A stretch of 64,000 nucleotides of DNA, taken from Candidatus Krumholzibacteriia bacterium (lineage in GTDB: Bacteria > Krumholzibacteriota > Krumholzibacteriia > JAJRXK01). Each line of letters starts with the position of its first letter. Positions within the stretch are counted from its first letter, which is position 1. The position numbers and the translations under genes were made by a program. The notes below the pieces were generated by a model. It worked only from the letters and a program-made list of their open reading frames with translations. It did no database searches and had not been told where the DNA came from. Of this stretch, positions 48,303-57,943 are shown piece by piece. Where the stretch lies: NCBI GenBank assembly GCA_041484665.1, contig JBGPIA010000016.1, positions 1 to 64,000 of the forward strand, read 5' to 3'.

Positions 48303-50852
48303 ATGTCAGATGGCGCCCTACGGAAGACCGAGTGGTGGGTCCCCCCGGTGCGGCGGGCCGCCCTGGCCGTTTTCCTCGCCGTTCCGGTCGTCTCGCTCCT
48401 CGTCCGGCCGCTCGCCGGGCGCCTCGTCTGGACGATTGCGATCGCGGCTCTGCCCCTTTTCATCGTTCTCGTCGGCTACCATCGCTGGCGCCGCATCTGT
48501 CCGCTGGCCTTCTTCAGCCAGATCCCGGTTCTCCTGAGGCGACCCGGCACGCGACGCGCGTCCCCCTGGCTCCAGGCCAACGCCTATTACGTCAGTTTCG
48601 CGGTCTTTTTTGTCTCGCTCTGGATCCGTCTGATCGCGACCAACGGGAACGGCCCGGCCATCGCCGCCTTCTTCATCCTCATCGCCCTGGCTGCGCTCCT
48701 CTTCGGCGTCCTCTTTACGGGGAAGACCTGGTGCAACTACGTCTGCCCGCTCTCGTTCATCGAGAAGGTCTACACCGAGCCACGCGGACTGAGGGAGACG
48801 CCGAACTCGCAGTGCGCCAAGTGCACGGCCTGCAAGCCAGCGTGCCCCGACATCAATGAGGAGAACGGCTATTGGCGCGAGATCGAGTCGTCCGCCAAGC
48901 GATTCGTCTACTTCGCATATCCAGGGATCATCTTCGGCTTCTACTTCTATTACTACCTGCAGTCCGGAACCTGGGACTACTACTTCGGCGGACGGTGGAC
49001 CTACGAGCCCAGCGTTCTCTCGACCTCATTCTTCCCTGGGTCCTCTGGTTCGACCGCCGGGTTCTTCTTCCTACCGCGCGTGCCCCGGGCCCTCGCCTCG
49101 GCCCTCACCTTGGCGGTGTTCGCTCTTCTGAGCTTCGCCTTCTTCGCGAAGCTCGAGCCGGCCGTCGGGCGGTGGCTGCAGCGTCACGACCAGGACGCGG
49201 AACCCCACCGCGCACGGCACATCCTCGTGTCCGTCTCCGCTTTCGTTTCGTTCGTCACCTTCTATACGTTCGCCGGCCAGCCCACGCTGCGCTTGATCCC
49301 CTGGATGCCCCAGATCTTTGGGATCGTCATCGTGCTCGTGGCCAGTCTGTTCCTCGCCCGCCGCTTCGACCGAACCCGGCAGTTCTTCGCGGAAGAGACG
49401 GTAGCGCGCAGCCTCCTCAAGCGCTGGGAGTGGACCGATCTCCGGCCGCCGAAGGCCCTTCACGACGCGTACCTGATCCACACCGTCCGCTCTCAGGAGC
49501 GGGCCATGGGCTACACCCGGCTGCTCGAGATCTACACGGAGGCGCTGCGCGAATCCCTCGCGAGCGGGCTCGTCACGCGCGAGGAGGTGCAGCAGCTCGA
49601 GGCGCTCCGCGGCCGGCTCCAGATCAAGCCGGCCGACCACGAGCGGATCATGGCCGCGCTCGCGGAGGAGGAACGCGCCCGGCTCACCGATCCGGCGAGG
49701 CATCTCTCGCTCGAGAAACATCTGCAGCTCAAGACCTATGCTCGCGCGCTGGAAGGACACCTGGGACGTGTTCTGACGGCAGAGGATCCGGCCTTGGACC
49801 CCGCCATCGGCCGCTTGCAGGCCGAGTACGGTGTCACGCCAAAGGAGCACTCGACGGTCCTCGATCAGATCCTGGGCGGGGGCCACGTCCTCGCGGAGCA
49901 GCTCGCCGGGGAGGTCAGCGTCGTCGAGCGCGCCTCGCAAACGATCGGGGCTCTGGAGGCGGAGCCGACGCCCGCGCACGCGCTTTTGGCCGACCTGCTG
50001 CGCCGCCGCCGCGTCCGTGCCGTCGATCGCCTGCTGAGCGGGCTGCACTTCCAGTCCACCGAGGAGCTGCGCCGTGAGGTCCGCGAGGGGCTCACCTCCG
50101 ATGACGCGCCGCGCCGAGCAGCCGCCCTCGAGTTGCTCAGCGGGGGCGCGCCCGCATCGATCGCCGAGCGCCTGCGCGCCGCGCGCGGCGAGGCCGCCTC
50201 CCAGGAGACGCCGGGGGGCCTCGCGGACCGGCTACGGGCGGAGACGGTAAGCCTCGACCCGTACGCGCGCGCGGCCGCGATCCACGCTCTCGCCTTGCGC
50301 GGCGGCGCCGATGAGGCAACGCTCGAGCACTTGATCCGCGATGAGCACGAGATCGTGCGCGCGACGGCGCTGCGCGCGCGGGTCCTGGCACGGCCGGAGG
50401 TGGGCCAGGGGAGCGGACAGGCGGGTCCCGCCGGCATCGAGAGCATCCTCGCGCTGCGCGCGGTGCCGATCTTCTCCCGGCTCACCCTGGAGGGCCTGGC
50501 GCGGCTGGCCGGTTCGAGCGCCGAGGCCATCCTCGCCCCGGGAGAGGTCGTGTGCCGGGAAGGTGAGCCGGGAGAGGAGGTCCTCGTCCTGCTCGAGGGC
50601 GAGCTCGAGGTCGTGCGTGGTGCCGGACCGACGGAGGAGCGCCTCGGCGTCGAACGCGTGGGTGGCGTCATCGGAGAGATGGCCGTCCTCGACCCGGCTC
50701 CACGCGCCGCCACAGTCCGCGCCGGCGCGCCGGGAGCGCGGATCATGCGCCTGGCGGGCGGTGCGTTCCGCGACGCGCTCGCAGCCGATCCTTCCGTCGC
50801 CGAAGGCGTGATGCGCACGCTGGCGCGTCGCCTGCGCGGGATCAGCAAGTGA
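48303..50852 (+). CDS. Membrane 4Fe-4S (NapH/NosR-like) protein with HEAT-like repeats and C-terminal cNMP-binding domain
   Basis: WRRICP, WCNYVCP, CAKCTACKPACP; TM segments; VCREGEPG...LEGE...IGEMAVLD.APRAATV. Confidence 0.85.
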   Translation: MSDGALRKTEWWVPPVRRAALAVFLAVPVVSLLVRPLAGRLVWTIAIAALPLFIVLVGYHRWRRICPLAFFSQIPVLLRRPGTRRASPWLQANAYYVSFAVFFVSLWIRLIATNGNGPAIAAFFILIALAALLFGVLFTGKTWCNYVCPLSFIEKVYTEPRGLRETPNSQCAKCTACKPACPDINEENGYWREIESSAKRFVYFAYPGIIFGFYFYYYLQSGTWDYYFGGRWTYEPSVLSTSFFPGSSGSTAGFFFLPRVPRALASALTLAVFALLSFAFFAKLEPAVGRWLQRHDQDAEPHRARHILVSVSAFVSFVTFYTFAGQPTLRLIPWMPQIFGIVIVLVASLFLARRFDRTRQFFAEETVARSLLKRWEWTDLRPPKALHDAYLIHTVRSQERAMGYTRLLEIYTEALRESLASGLVTREEVQQLEALRGRLQIKPADHERIMAALAEEERARLTDPARHLSLEKHLQLKTYARALEGHLGRVLTAEDPALDPAIGRLQAEYGVTPKEHSTVLDQILGGGHVLAEQLAGEVSVVERASQTIGALEAEPTPAHALLADLLRRRRVRAVDRLLSGLHFQSTEELRREVREGLTSDDAPRRAAALELLSGGAPASIAERLRAARGEAASQETPGGLADRLRAETVSLDPYARAAAIHALALRGGADEATLEHLIRDEHEIVRATALRARVLARPEVGQGSGQAGPAGIESILALRAVPIFSRLTLEGLARLAGSSAEAILAPGEVVCREGEPGEEVLVLLEGELEVVRGAGPTEERLGVERVGGVIGEMAVLDPAPRAATVRAGAPGARIMRLAGGAFRDALAADPSVAEGVMRTLARRLRGISK

Positions 50853-52270
50853 CAGGGAGCCTTGCCGCGGACCGGTCAGCGACCGAAACCCTGGCCTACG
50901 ACCTCGTGGTCGTGGGCTCGGGACCGGCCGGCGAGAAGGCCGCTGTCCAGGTGGCCTACTTCGGAAAGAGCGTCGCGCTCGTCGAGCGAGAGCCGGTGCT
51001 CGGTGGCGCGGCGGCCAACACAGGCACGCTTCCCAGCAAGACACTGCGCGAGACCGCGCTGATGCTGTCGGGATTCCGGGCTCGCGGGCTTCACGGCGTG
51101 GATCTCTCCGTCCGACGTCGCGCCTCGGTGCGCGATTTCCTGCAGCGCGAGCACCAGATCTCCGATGCGGAGCGCGAGCGCGTCGCGACAAATCTCCTCC
51201 GCCACGGGGTCACGCTGTACCACGGTGAGGCCGCATTCGTCGATCCGCACACCGTACAGGTGACTCCCGCCGGCTCTCCGCCCATTCGGCTGCGCGCCGA
51301 GATCATCCTGATCGCCACTGGCACCGCAGCCAACCGCCCCGCGAGACTCCCGTTCCACGATCCACGCGTCTACGACTCGGACACCATCCTCACCCTGAGC
51401 CGCCTGCCCGCCACCCTCGCGGTCCTGGGAGCGGGCGTGATCGGCAGCGAGTATGCCTGCACGTTCGCCGCCCTGGGTGTGGAGGTTCTCCTGATCGACG
51501 GACGCACCACGCTGCTCGGTTTCCTGGACGCGGAGCTTTCGGCCTCCCTGCGCCGGCGGATGGAGAAGATCGGAATCAGCTTCTTCATCCCCGACGACAT
51601 CGTCGCCTGCGCGCCGGGGGCGGCGGGACTGCGCTTGGAGCTCGCCTCCGGGCGCTCGCTGGGACCCGACGCGTTGCTGGTGACGGTGGGCCGGGAGGGC
51701 AACACCTCCCGCCTGAACCTCCAGGCGGCGGGCCTGGCCGCCGGCGAGCACGGCCTGCTCAAGGTCGACGACAGCTTCCGCACCTCCGTCCCGCACATCT
51801 ACGCCGCCGGCGACGTGATCGGCTTCCCCGCGCTCGCCTCGACCGCCATGGAGCAAGCGCGGATCGCGATGGTCCACGCCTTCGATCTCAAGTACAAAGA
51901 GCATCTGGCCCCGATCCTCCCCTACGGGATCTACACCATCCCCGAGGTATCAATGGCCGGCGCGACCGAGGAGTCGCTCCGCCATAAGGGCGTGGACTAC
52001 ATCCGCGGAATGGCGAGCTACGGACAGAATGCGCGCGGGCAGATCATCGCCGACGAAGAGGGCTTCCTGAAGCTCCTCTTCCGGCGCGAGGATATGAGGC
52101 TGCTCGGCGTCCACGTCATCGGCGAGCTGGCTTCGGAGATCGTCCACATCGGACTGGTCGCGCTCCTGTGCGGCGCGACCGCCGACCTCTTCATCCAGAC
52201 CTGTTTCAACTATCCGACACTGAGCGAGCTCTACAAGTACGCCACCTACGACGCAATGGGCAGGCGCTGA
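50849..52270 (+). CDS. sthA: Soluble pyridine nucleotide transhydrogenase
   Basis: GSGPAGEKAA, NTGTLPSKTLRE, YDSD, GAGVIGSEYA, GDVIGFPALAS, FNYPTLSELYKYA; no CxxxxC redox pair. Confidence 0.9.
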   Translation: MTGSLAADRSATETLAYDLVVVGSGPAGEKAAVQVAYFGKSVALVEREPVLGGAAANTGTLPSKTLRETALMLSGFRARGLHGVDLSVRRRASVRDFLQREHQISDAERERVATNLLRHGVTLYHGEAAFVDPHTVQVTPAGSPPIRLRAEIILIATGTAANRPARLPFHDPRVYDSDTILTLSRLPATLAVLGAGVIGSEYACTFAALGVEVLLIDGRTTLLGFLDAELSASLRRRMEKIGISFFIPDDIVACAPGAAGLRLELASGRSLGPDALLVTVGREGNTSRLNLQAAGLAAGEHGLLKVDDSFRTSVPHIYAAGDVIGFPALASTAMEQARIAMVHAFDLKYKEHLAPILPYGIYTIPEVSMAGATEESLRHKGVDYIRGMASYGQNARGQIIADEEGFLKLLFRREDMRLLGVHVIGELASEIVHIGLVALLCGATADLFIQTCFNYPTLSELYKYATYDAMGRR

Positions 52271-52416
52271 GGCCGCTGGGCAGGATGCGCGCGGCGGGTC
52301 CTCGACGGGGATCCAACTCTTTGTTTCAGCAACCGGCTGCCGGCATGAGGTGGACCTTGCTGAGGCTGGCCCAGGCCACGCCTGACGCCATGGACTCGCC
52401 CCTGGCCATCCGGCAA

Positions 52417-53055
52417 TCAGAGCTTGTAGAGCCCGTCCCGATTCGCCCCGAGCAGACCGGCCTGGTAGGAGCGCTCGTCAACCGGTGAGAGCCGCCTGGC
52501 CATCGATGGTGGGACGAGCCGCACCCGCCGGACCGCGTCGAGGCGCTCGGCGATGAGCTCGAGGTGTTCGTCGTCCGTCATCCAGTTGAACCGGTCGAAC
52601 GCCCGGAGATTGAGCGGCACCGTATACCCCCGGAGCGTCTTCTCCCGTTCCACGTTGTAGAATTGCTCGAAGTAGGACATCACCAGCTCGCGCAGATCGC
52701 GGTAGACCGGCTCGCGGTAGGTAAGGCCGGAGAAGTTCGATTTGGCGATTGCACCCCAGCAGCCCTTGAGCTTGTACACCGCCAGCAGATGGTCGTCGTC
52801 CCGATCGTTCGGGAGCATCTCCACGATGAGCGGTGGATACCCCAGGTTGCGCAAGACCGCTGCCGCAAACAGCGAGCCGTCGAAGCAATGGGCTGTCCGG
52901 TCACGGAGCACGCTCCGTGGGGAGCGGTATCGCGCGTCGGCACTGTAGGGAAGCTCCAGGAGGAATGATTGTATCTTGTGGGGAGTGTTGAGACCTTCCA
53001 GAAGCGCCAGCTCGTCAGGCGTCAGTGCAGCTGCAGCGACCGCTGCCCGTTTCAT
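52417..53055 (-). CDS. Conserved hypothetical protein (transglutaminase/papain-like Cys-His)
   Basis: SPRSVL....AHCFDG, DDDHLLA, WGAIAKSN, YREPVYR..RELVMSY. Confidence 0.78.
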   Translation of the reverse strand: MKRAAVAAAALTPDELALLEGLNTPHKIQSFLLELPYSADARYRSPRSVLRDRTAHCFDGSLFAAAVLRNLGYPPLIVEMLPNDRDDDHLLAVYKLKGCWGAIAKSNFSGLTYREPVYRDLRELVMSYFEQFYNVEREKTLRGYTVPLNLRAFDRFNWMTDDEHLELIAERLDAVRRVRLVPPSMARRLSPVDERSYQAGLLGANRDGLYKL

Positions 53056-53479
53056 GGTAACTGTCTCTCGTTCCCGCCGGGCCCCATGGCTGCGGTTGGG
53101 GTGCCGACTCAACGTAGGGGAGGCGAGGGGAGCCCGGAAAGCGGCGTGGCTCCACCGCCCTCAGGTTCACCGCCCCCAGAGAGCGCAACCACGGTTCCCA
53201 CTCCCACGCCAGCGAGACCACCCCAGAACCACCACTTGCTGAAGAGTCCGCCTTCAGGGAGGGTCACGCTCAGAGCGATTCTGGACCCAAAACCAGGGGA
53301 GCATCCAGCAGGATCTTTTGATCCGCCGTCCCGGGACGCACGCTGCGGCGCTCGACACGGGCCCCACCACGGTCGGCGCCACGCCGAGCCGGGAGCGGAT
53401 CGGCATCAGCGGGGGCCGGCGTTCGGCGCGGCGACCTCGAGGCTCAAGGGTTGGGGGCGGGCCGTGGACCGGACCCCTC

Positions 53480-54260
53480 TCACCGCAGGTGCAGGAGATC
53501 GTGCTCGACTGGAATCTCCGCCGACTCCGGGGTGGAAGCCCTGAAGTGCGCCTCGATCACGCCGGCAATCACGCGGTGGCCGTACTCATTGGGGTGCCCA
53601 TCGAACGACATCGGGTAGGGTTGGGGCCCGGCCGCCAGCTGGGCCTGGAGCGGCTGCAGGGCATCGACCTGAGCACGATGAGCCGGATCCCGTCGCGGGC
53701 CGCGACCTGCTGCATCCTGAGAATCGCTTCGAGCGCAATCCGCTGCCCCTCGCGGATCCTTGGGTCCTCGAGATCGAGGGCCGACAACCGATGCACGGAA
53801 GTGAAGACGGTCCGGGCATGCTCGGCAAAACATCTTCGCGACACGTTTCGCGATCGGCTCGGACTCCTCCGCTTCCATTAGAGCGTGCACGCGTTGGGGA
53901 TCCTGGCTCTTCAGGTCCGGGAGTTGCCCACGATCATGGACAATCTTGAACGCATCGAAGAAATCGTTGCCCGAGTCGAGCGCCTCGATGACGATGGCCG
54001 GTTTCAGCCGGAGCGCTTCGTCCCAGAGGATGACACTGTGGACGGGGCAATTCGTGGTCTCGCAGCGCAGGATTCGGTCGGGATCCGAGACGCTGGTCGG
54101 GAATCACTGGAGAGGTGATCGCGGGGTCCCAGGGAGAGCAGAGGACGAGGCGTACCTGGGGTGACATCGGAGCAAGGAGCGCAAGGGTCAGTTCGATGTT
54201 CAGCGCGCAGATGAGCGCGAGAGCGGCCGCGAACATCGCTTTCTTCCGATTCAGGGCCAT
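53480..54260 (-). pseudogene. Decayed SGNH/GDSL-type hydrolase (AlgJ-like)
   Basis: An N-terminal TM plus IPDQRLGSRPNP, then LDLEDPRIREG...GIRLIVL and DGHPNEYGHRVIA in different frames; the GDS block is missing. Confidence 0.65.
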
Positions 54261-54390
54261 TCACGCTTCTCCCGCGCGTGAGGGTGGCCTGATGGTCGAC
54301 CGTGGTACGCTGGAGAAAGCTCCGCCGCCAGGTGCCGGCTGGACGGCAGCATGAGGGTCGCAGGAGCATTCGGCTCGAGGCGCCACCCCA

Positions 54391-55944
54391 TCACTGCGGG
54401 ACCCGGCTCAGCCTGCGTCTGAGCTGTGCGAGATGAAGGTCCTGGGGCTGCAGAAAGCTGGGATCGATGGCCTCGATCCAATGGTCGGAGTACTCCGACC
54501 TGTTCACGCCGGACATGGCGATGATCGTCAGCTGCGGATAGGCGGGAATCGGCATGGGCTGGTCCGTTGCCCGGATGTTCCAGAAGGTCTCGCGCGCGGC
54601 CGAATGGGGTCCCCACCCAGCGGCGGGGCCACCGTTGACCCAAAGACGGGTTCCGGGTCCGACGTCGAGGTCGGTGAAGAGGTTCTCGTAGGGGGCTCCA
54701 GTGTGATGATCGAAGCAGAGATCGACGCCGCGTCCCTTGGAGAACACGTTTCCATTCGAGAGGGCGTCGACGGTCAGATCATGGGTGAATCGGGTTTCGA
54801 TGCGGAAGCCGGTAACGAGGACATCGTTCGGACCCTCCAGGGAGATGCCATGGTGCCCCGTGATCTCGCCCGCGCGCCGATCGTTTGCGAGGCGGACTCC
54901 CGAGATGGTGCCGAAGCAGCTCGGTCCATCCGACACGATCCCGCTGTCGGCATCCAGGATCTCGACATCGCAGATCCAGAACTGGTGGATGTGCTCGAGG
55001 AAGATACCGTTGTTTCCCGGCTCCACCAGGTGGCCTGCATAGGGGACGGGAGCGAACTCGATCGACAGCTCCTCGATGCCCACCTCCGTCACGGTCGGCT
55101 CGTGGGAGAAGACCGTGGGCTTCCACTCGGGCCGCACGTCCACGCGGAGCGGGCGCTCGATGATGATGGCGGTCTGCTCGACCGCGAGGATCGGAGTCAC
55201 GAAGTCCACGAGCCGCTCATGCGCCCACTTCACCAGGTCCGGTCCGGGCTCCACGGGTCGGGTGTGCAGATGCTCCCAGAGCGATCCGTCCGTGGCGTAT
55301 TGGACGAGTCGAACCAGCTGACCCGCAGCGAGGCCGTCGGTCGTCGAGAGGACGAGACGATGGTCTCCCCGTTTGGCTGGCTCCACCACGTCCGCAATCC
55401 GGGTTCCCCGGTCCTCTCCGGTGAGCCAGATGAACCCTCCGCCCCATGACCAATAGCCATTGTCTCCATGCGACGCGGGCGCCGGGCCGAGGATCTCACG
55501 AAGGGACTTCGGGAAGTAGAGGGTCGTCCTTCCCGGGCCTTCCCCGCGGAGAACGAGACCGGGGCGGTCGATCCGGAGCACCTGTGTCAGCAGATAGCGC
55601 CCTTGCGGAATCGCCACCGCGCCCCGCTTGACGGCTGCGATCGCTTCGAGGAAAGCCCTGCTGTCGTCGGAGACACCGTCACCCTTGGCTCCAAAGTCCC
55701 GCACATTCGCCGCCACGGGTGGGTGGGGAATGGGCCGCTGTCCCATGCCGTAGCCGGCGAAGGAGAAGTCGGGAAGTCGCCCGGCAGCATCCCAGCGCTC
55801 CCCGGCCTCTCCCCAGAGTCCGGAGTGGCGAATCGGCGCGGCCGGCGGTTCTGATCGGCGGAGGAAGTGAACCAGAGCCCCAGCGAGGAGGCCCAGGAGG
55901 GCGAGAACGGTGACGACTCGCAACGCCTTCATCATCGTCGTCAA
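54391..55944 (-). CDS. Exported pectate-lyase-superfamily (beta-helix) glycoside hydrolase-like protein
   Basis: LPDFSFAGY, NVRDFGAKGDGVSDD...AI...G.V.IP.GRY, DHH..APYENLF. Confidence 0.85.
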   Translation of the reverse strand: MTTMMKALRVVTVLALLGLLAGALVHFLRRSEPPAAPIRHSGLWGEAGERWDAAGRLPDFSFAGYGMGQRPIPHPPVAANVRDFGAKGDGVSDDSRAFLEAIAAVKRGAVAIPQGRYLLTQVLRIDRPGLVLRGEGPGRTTLYFPKSLREILGPAPASHGDNGYWSWGGGFIWLTGEDRGTRIADVVEPAKRGDHRLVLSTTDGLAAGQLVRLVQYATDGSLWEHLHTRPVEPGPDLVKWAHERLVDFVTPILAVEQTAIIIERPLRVDVRPEWKPTVFSHEPTVTEVGIEELSIEFAPVPYAGHLVEPGNNGIFLEHIHQFWICDVEILDADSGIVSDGPSCFGTISGVRLANDRRAGEITGHHGISLEGPNDVLVTGFRIETRFTHDLTVDALSNGNVFSKGRGVDLCFDHHTGAPYENLFTDLDVGPGTRLWVNGGPAAGWGPHSAARETFWNIRATDQPMPIPAYPQLTIIAMSGVNRSEYSDHWIEAIDPSFLQPQDLHLAQLRRRLSRVPQ

Positions 55945-56080
55945 CTCGACCTCTCACAACGGAAAGGCCGGGCCCAGTGCCGGATCGGTGATCGCCGGGA
56001 GTCGCCAAGCGCTGCGGTACGCGTTCGTTCGCAGCACCCGGCTTCTTCAGGCCTCACGCCGGATCTCGATGACGAGGGCG

Positions 56081-57469
56081 TCAGCGGTTGCCGCTGAGAG
56101 CATCTTTGAAGGATCCCCAGGAGCGCGTCGAGCTCGGCGCACCGGTCTCTCCCTCGCCCGGCGGTGCCATGTCGGCAGTCGCGTTGTCGATGACGAGCAC
56201 CCAATCCTGAGCGGAGGGGGGCATGAAATCCCGGGGGCCGCTGTTGGGCAAGCTCCCCACGAGTTGGTTGCTCCCATCCGCGGGGTCGTACCACCACACC
56301 TTCGCGGCATTGCCAGAAATCCGCCCCATGTCGATCCGCAGCGACCGCCGCACCGGAGTGTAGACGAGCAGCGTGTTTCCGTCCGTGGTCCGCGCGGCGG
56401 GCGCGTAGTCCGCGGTGTCGACGTTCCCGTATCCCGCTGTGAGAGCTGTGTGGGAGTAGTCGGGAACCAGCAGATCCCACCGGCGGGAGCGCAGCAGCCG
56501 GCCGAACGCGGCCATCGCTTGCGTGCCCTGGGAATCCAGGACGGTGTCCCAGCTGCTGGTGAAGTCCCAGATCGGTCCAACCCCGAAGAACTGGCCCACG
56601 GCACCACCCAAGAGCGACCAGTAGGCTTGGGAACGGATGCATGCGGGCGTCCAGCCCGACTCGAATTCGTACTGCCCCTCGATCAGGACGAACGGCCGCG
56701 CAGGAGAGCGCTGGTAGTCGGTGCGAAGCTGCAGCGGGCTCTGGATGCAATCGGCGTAGGTCGTATTGAAGTCGAGCCATGGCCGGTCGTAGCAGTCCAG
56801 GGCAGAGGAGAAGCGCTGGCAGTGCGCGGTGTGCAGGTGGTTGGGGTCGGTGTCGCGGATACCCAAGGCAACGGCGTCAACGACGGCCAGTGCACCAAAC
56901 GCGGAAGCATCGGCGTCGCCTCCGTGCACCCAGATGATATTGGGCTGATTCGCGTAACGACTCCCCACCCAGCGGCCGTACGCGCGCATGGCAGTCGTGC
57001 CGTTCTGCTTCATCTGCGCGCACCAACCCGAGTTGTTGCAATTGAAGCCGATGTAGGCGGGAGCCAGGAACACCGTGAAGCCACGGAGGTTTGCCTGCTC
57101 CAGCACCCAGTCGGCGTGGGCGAAGTAGGCCTCGTTCGGCGTCGCGAAGTTCCCGGGGGTGAGGAACGGAGGCGCGCCGTAGGCGTTGTTGGAACTTCCG
57201 GTGCTATATCCGACGGAGACGATGAGGGACAACAGGAGCGTGTTGAACCCCTTCGCCTTGCGGTCGTCCAGGTAGAGGGTCGCGTCCTCGCGGGTCAGCC
57301 GTGCGATGAGATGCCAGGGCGAGTCGGCGTTGAAGAAGATCGGTTTACCCTGCTGGTCGATGATGCTGTGGCTACCTGCGGCGACGTGCAGCGGGTAGCT
57401 GGGCGCTGCCCATGCCGGGCCCCCCACGACCACGGCAAGCGCCGCGGCGCCGATGATCCATCTCTTCAT
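56081..57469 (-). CDS. Secreted DUF4038 (GH140/apiosidase-like) protein with collagen-binding-like domain and SWGxxK tail
   Basis: PIFFNADSPW, YLDDRKAKGFN, PNEAYF, NIIWVHGGD, EGQYE, WYDPADG, DWVLVI, STRSWGSFKDALS; GAGG RBS. Confidence 0.85.
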   Translation of the reverse strand: MKRWIIGAAALAVVVGGPAWAAPSYPLHVAAGSHSIIDQQGKPIFFNADSPWHLIARLTREDATLYLDDRKAKGFNTLLLSLIVSVGYSTGSSNNAYGAPPFLTPGNFATPNEAYFAHADWVLEQANLRGFTVFLAPAYIGFNCNNSGWCAQMKQNGTTAMRAYGRWVGSRYANQPNIIWVHGGDADASAFGALAVVDAVALGIRDTDPNHLHTAHCQRFSSALDCYDRPWLDFNTTYADCIQSPLQLRTDYQRSPARPFVLIEGQYEFESGWTPACIRSQAYWSLLGGAVGQFFGVGPIWDFTSSWDTVLDSQGTQAMAAFGRLLRSRRWDLLVPDYSHTALTAGYGNVDTADYAPAARTTDGNTLLVYTPVRRSLRIDMGRISGNAAKVWWYDPADGSNQLVGSLPNSGPRDFMPPSAQDWVLVIDNATADMAPPGEGETGAPSSTRSWGSFKDALSGNR

Positions 57470-57599
57470 GCTGCGATCCTCACGGAAGCTGGTGCAGTTC
57501 GAGATGGGTGCTCCCCGCCCGCGAGCGCGGTCTGATCGGGAGATGCCGCGTGGGCAGCAACGCTTGCTTGGTAGAGTACCACGAAGCAGGCCCAGCGTG

Positions 57600-57823
57600 C
57601 CAGCCGCCTCCACGTCCTTTGGGCACCGGTTCCGCAGGTTCGGCTTGGGCCGGCTGAGCTGTTGAAGGCCCGCAAGGCCCTCCTCCTCGCAGCGCTCCTC
57701 GATGCGGCAGAACGGGTCGCTCGCGAGACCCCGCTACCGACTGGCCTCGCTCGCGTGGCCCAGGGCGACAGCCAGATCTAGCACTCCCATCTTCTGTTGG
57801 ATAAGCTCCGTCCGGGTCGTCAC
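57600..57823 (-). mobile_element. Degenerate N-terminal remnant of an IS481-family transposase
   Basis: Hand translation from GTG 57823 gives MTTRTELIQQKMGVLDLAVALGHASEASR*RGLASDPFCRIEERCEEEGLAGLQQLSRPKPNLRNRCPKDVEAA. This is colinear with the IS481-type HTH N-terminus (K.GLL.LA..LGNVS.AC...SRD.FYR.K...SR.KP...NR). It has an internal TAG and no DDE domain. Confidence 0.7.
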
Positions 57824-57943
57824 CGGTTCATCCCGTTTGGTTTGGGTTGAAGTTCCCCACAAGCGTACCCGGACGACCCGCCCTCCGCTAGGCCGGGCGT
57901 CGATTCAAGTCGTAGCAACCGCTCAGGAGAGTAGCGTGCCATC

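Noticed and set aside
52310..53320. Possible IS/MITE ends (TTTCAGCAACC near 52324 and TTGCTGAAGAGTCC near 53236)
   Set aside because: The match is too short, with no target-site duplication or transposase to support it.
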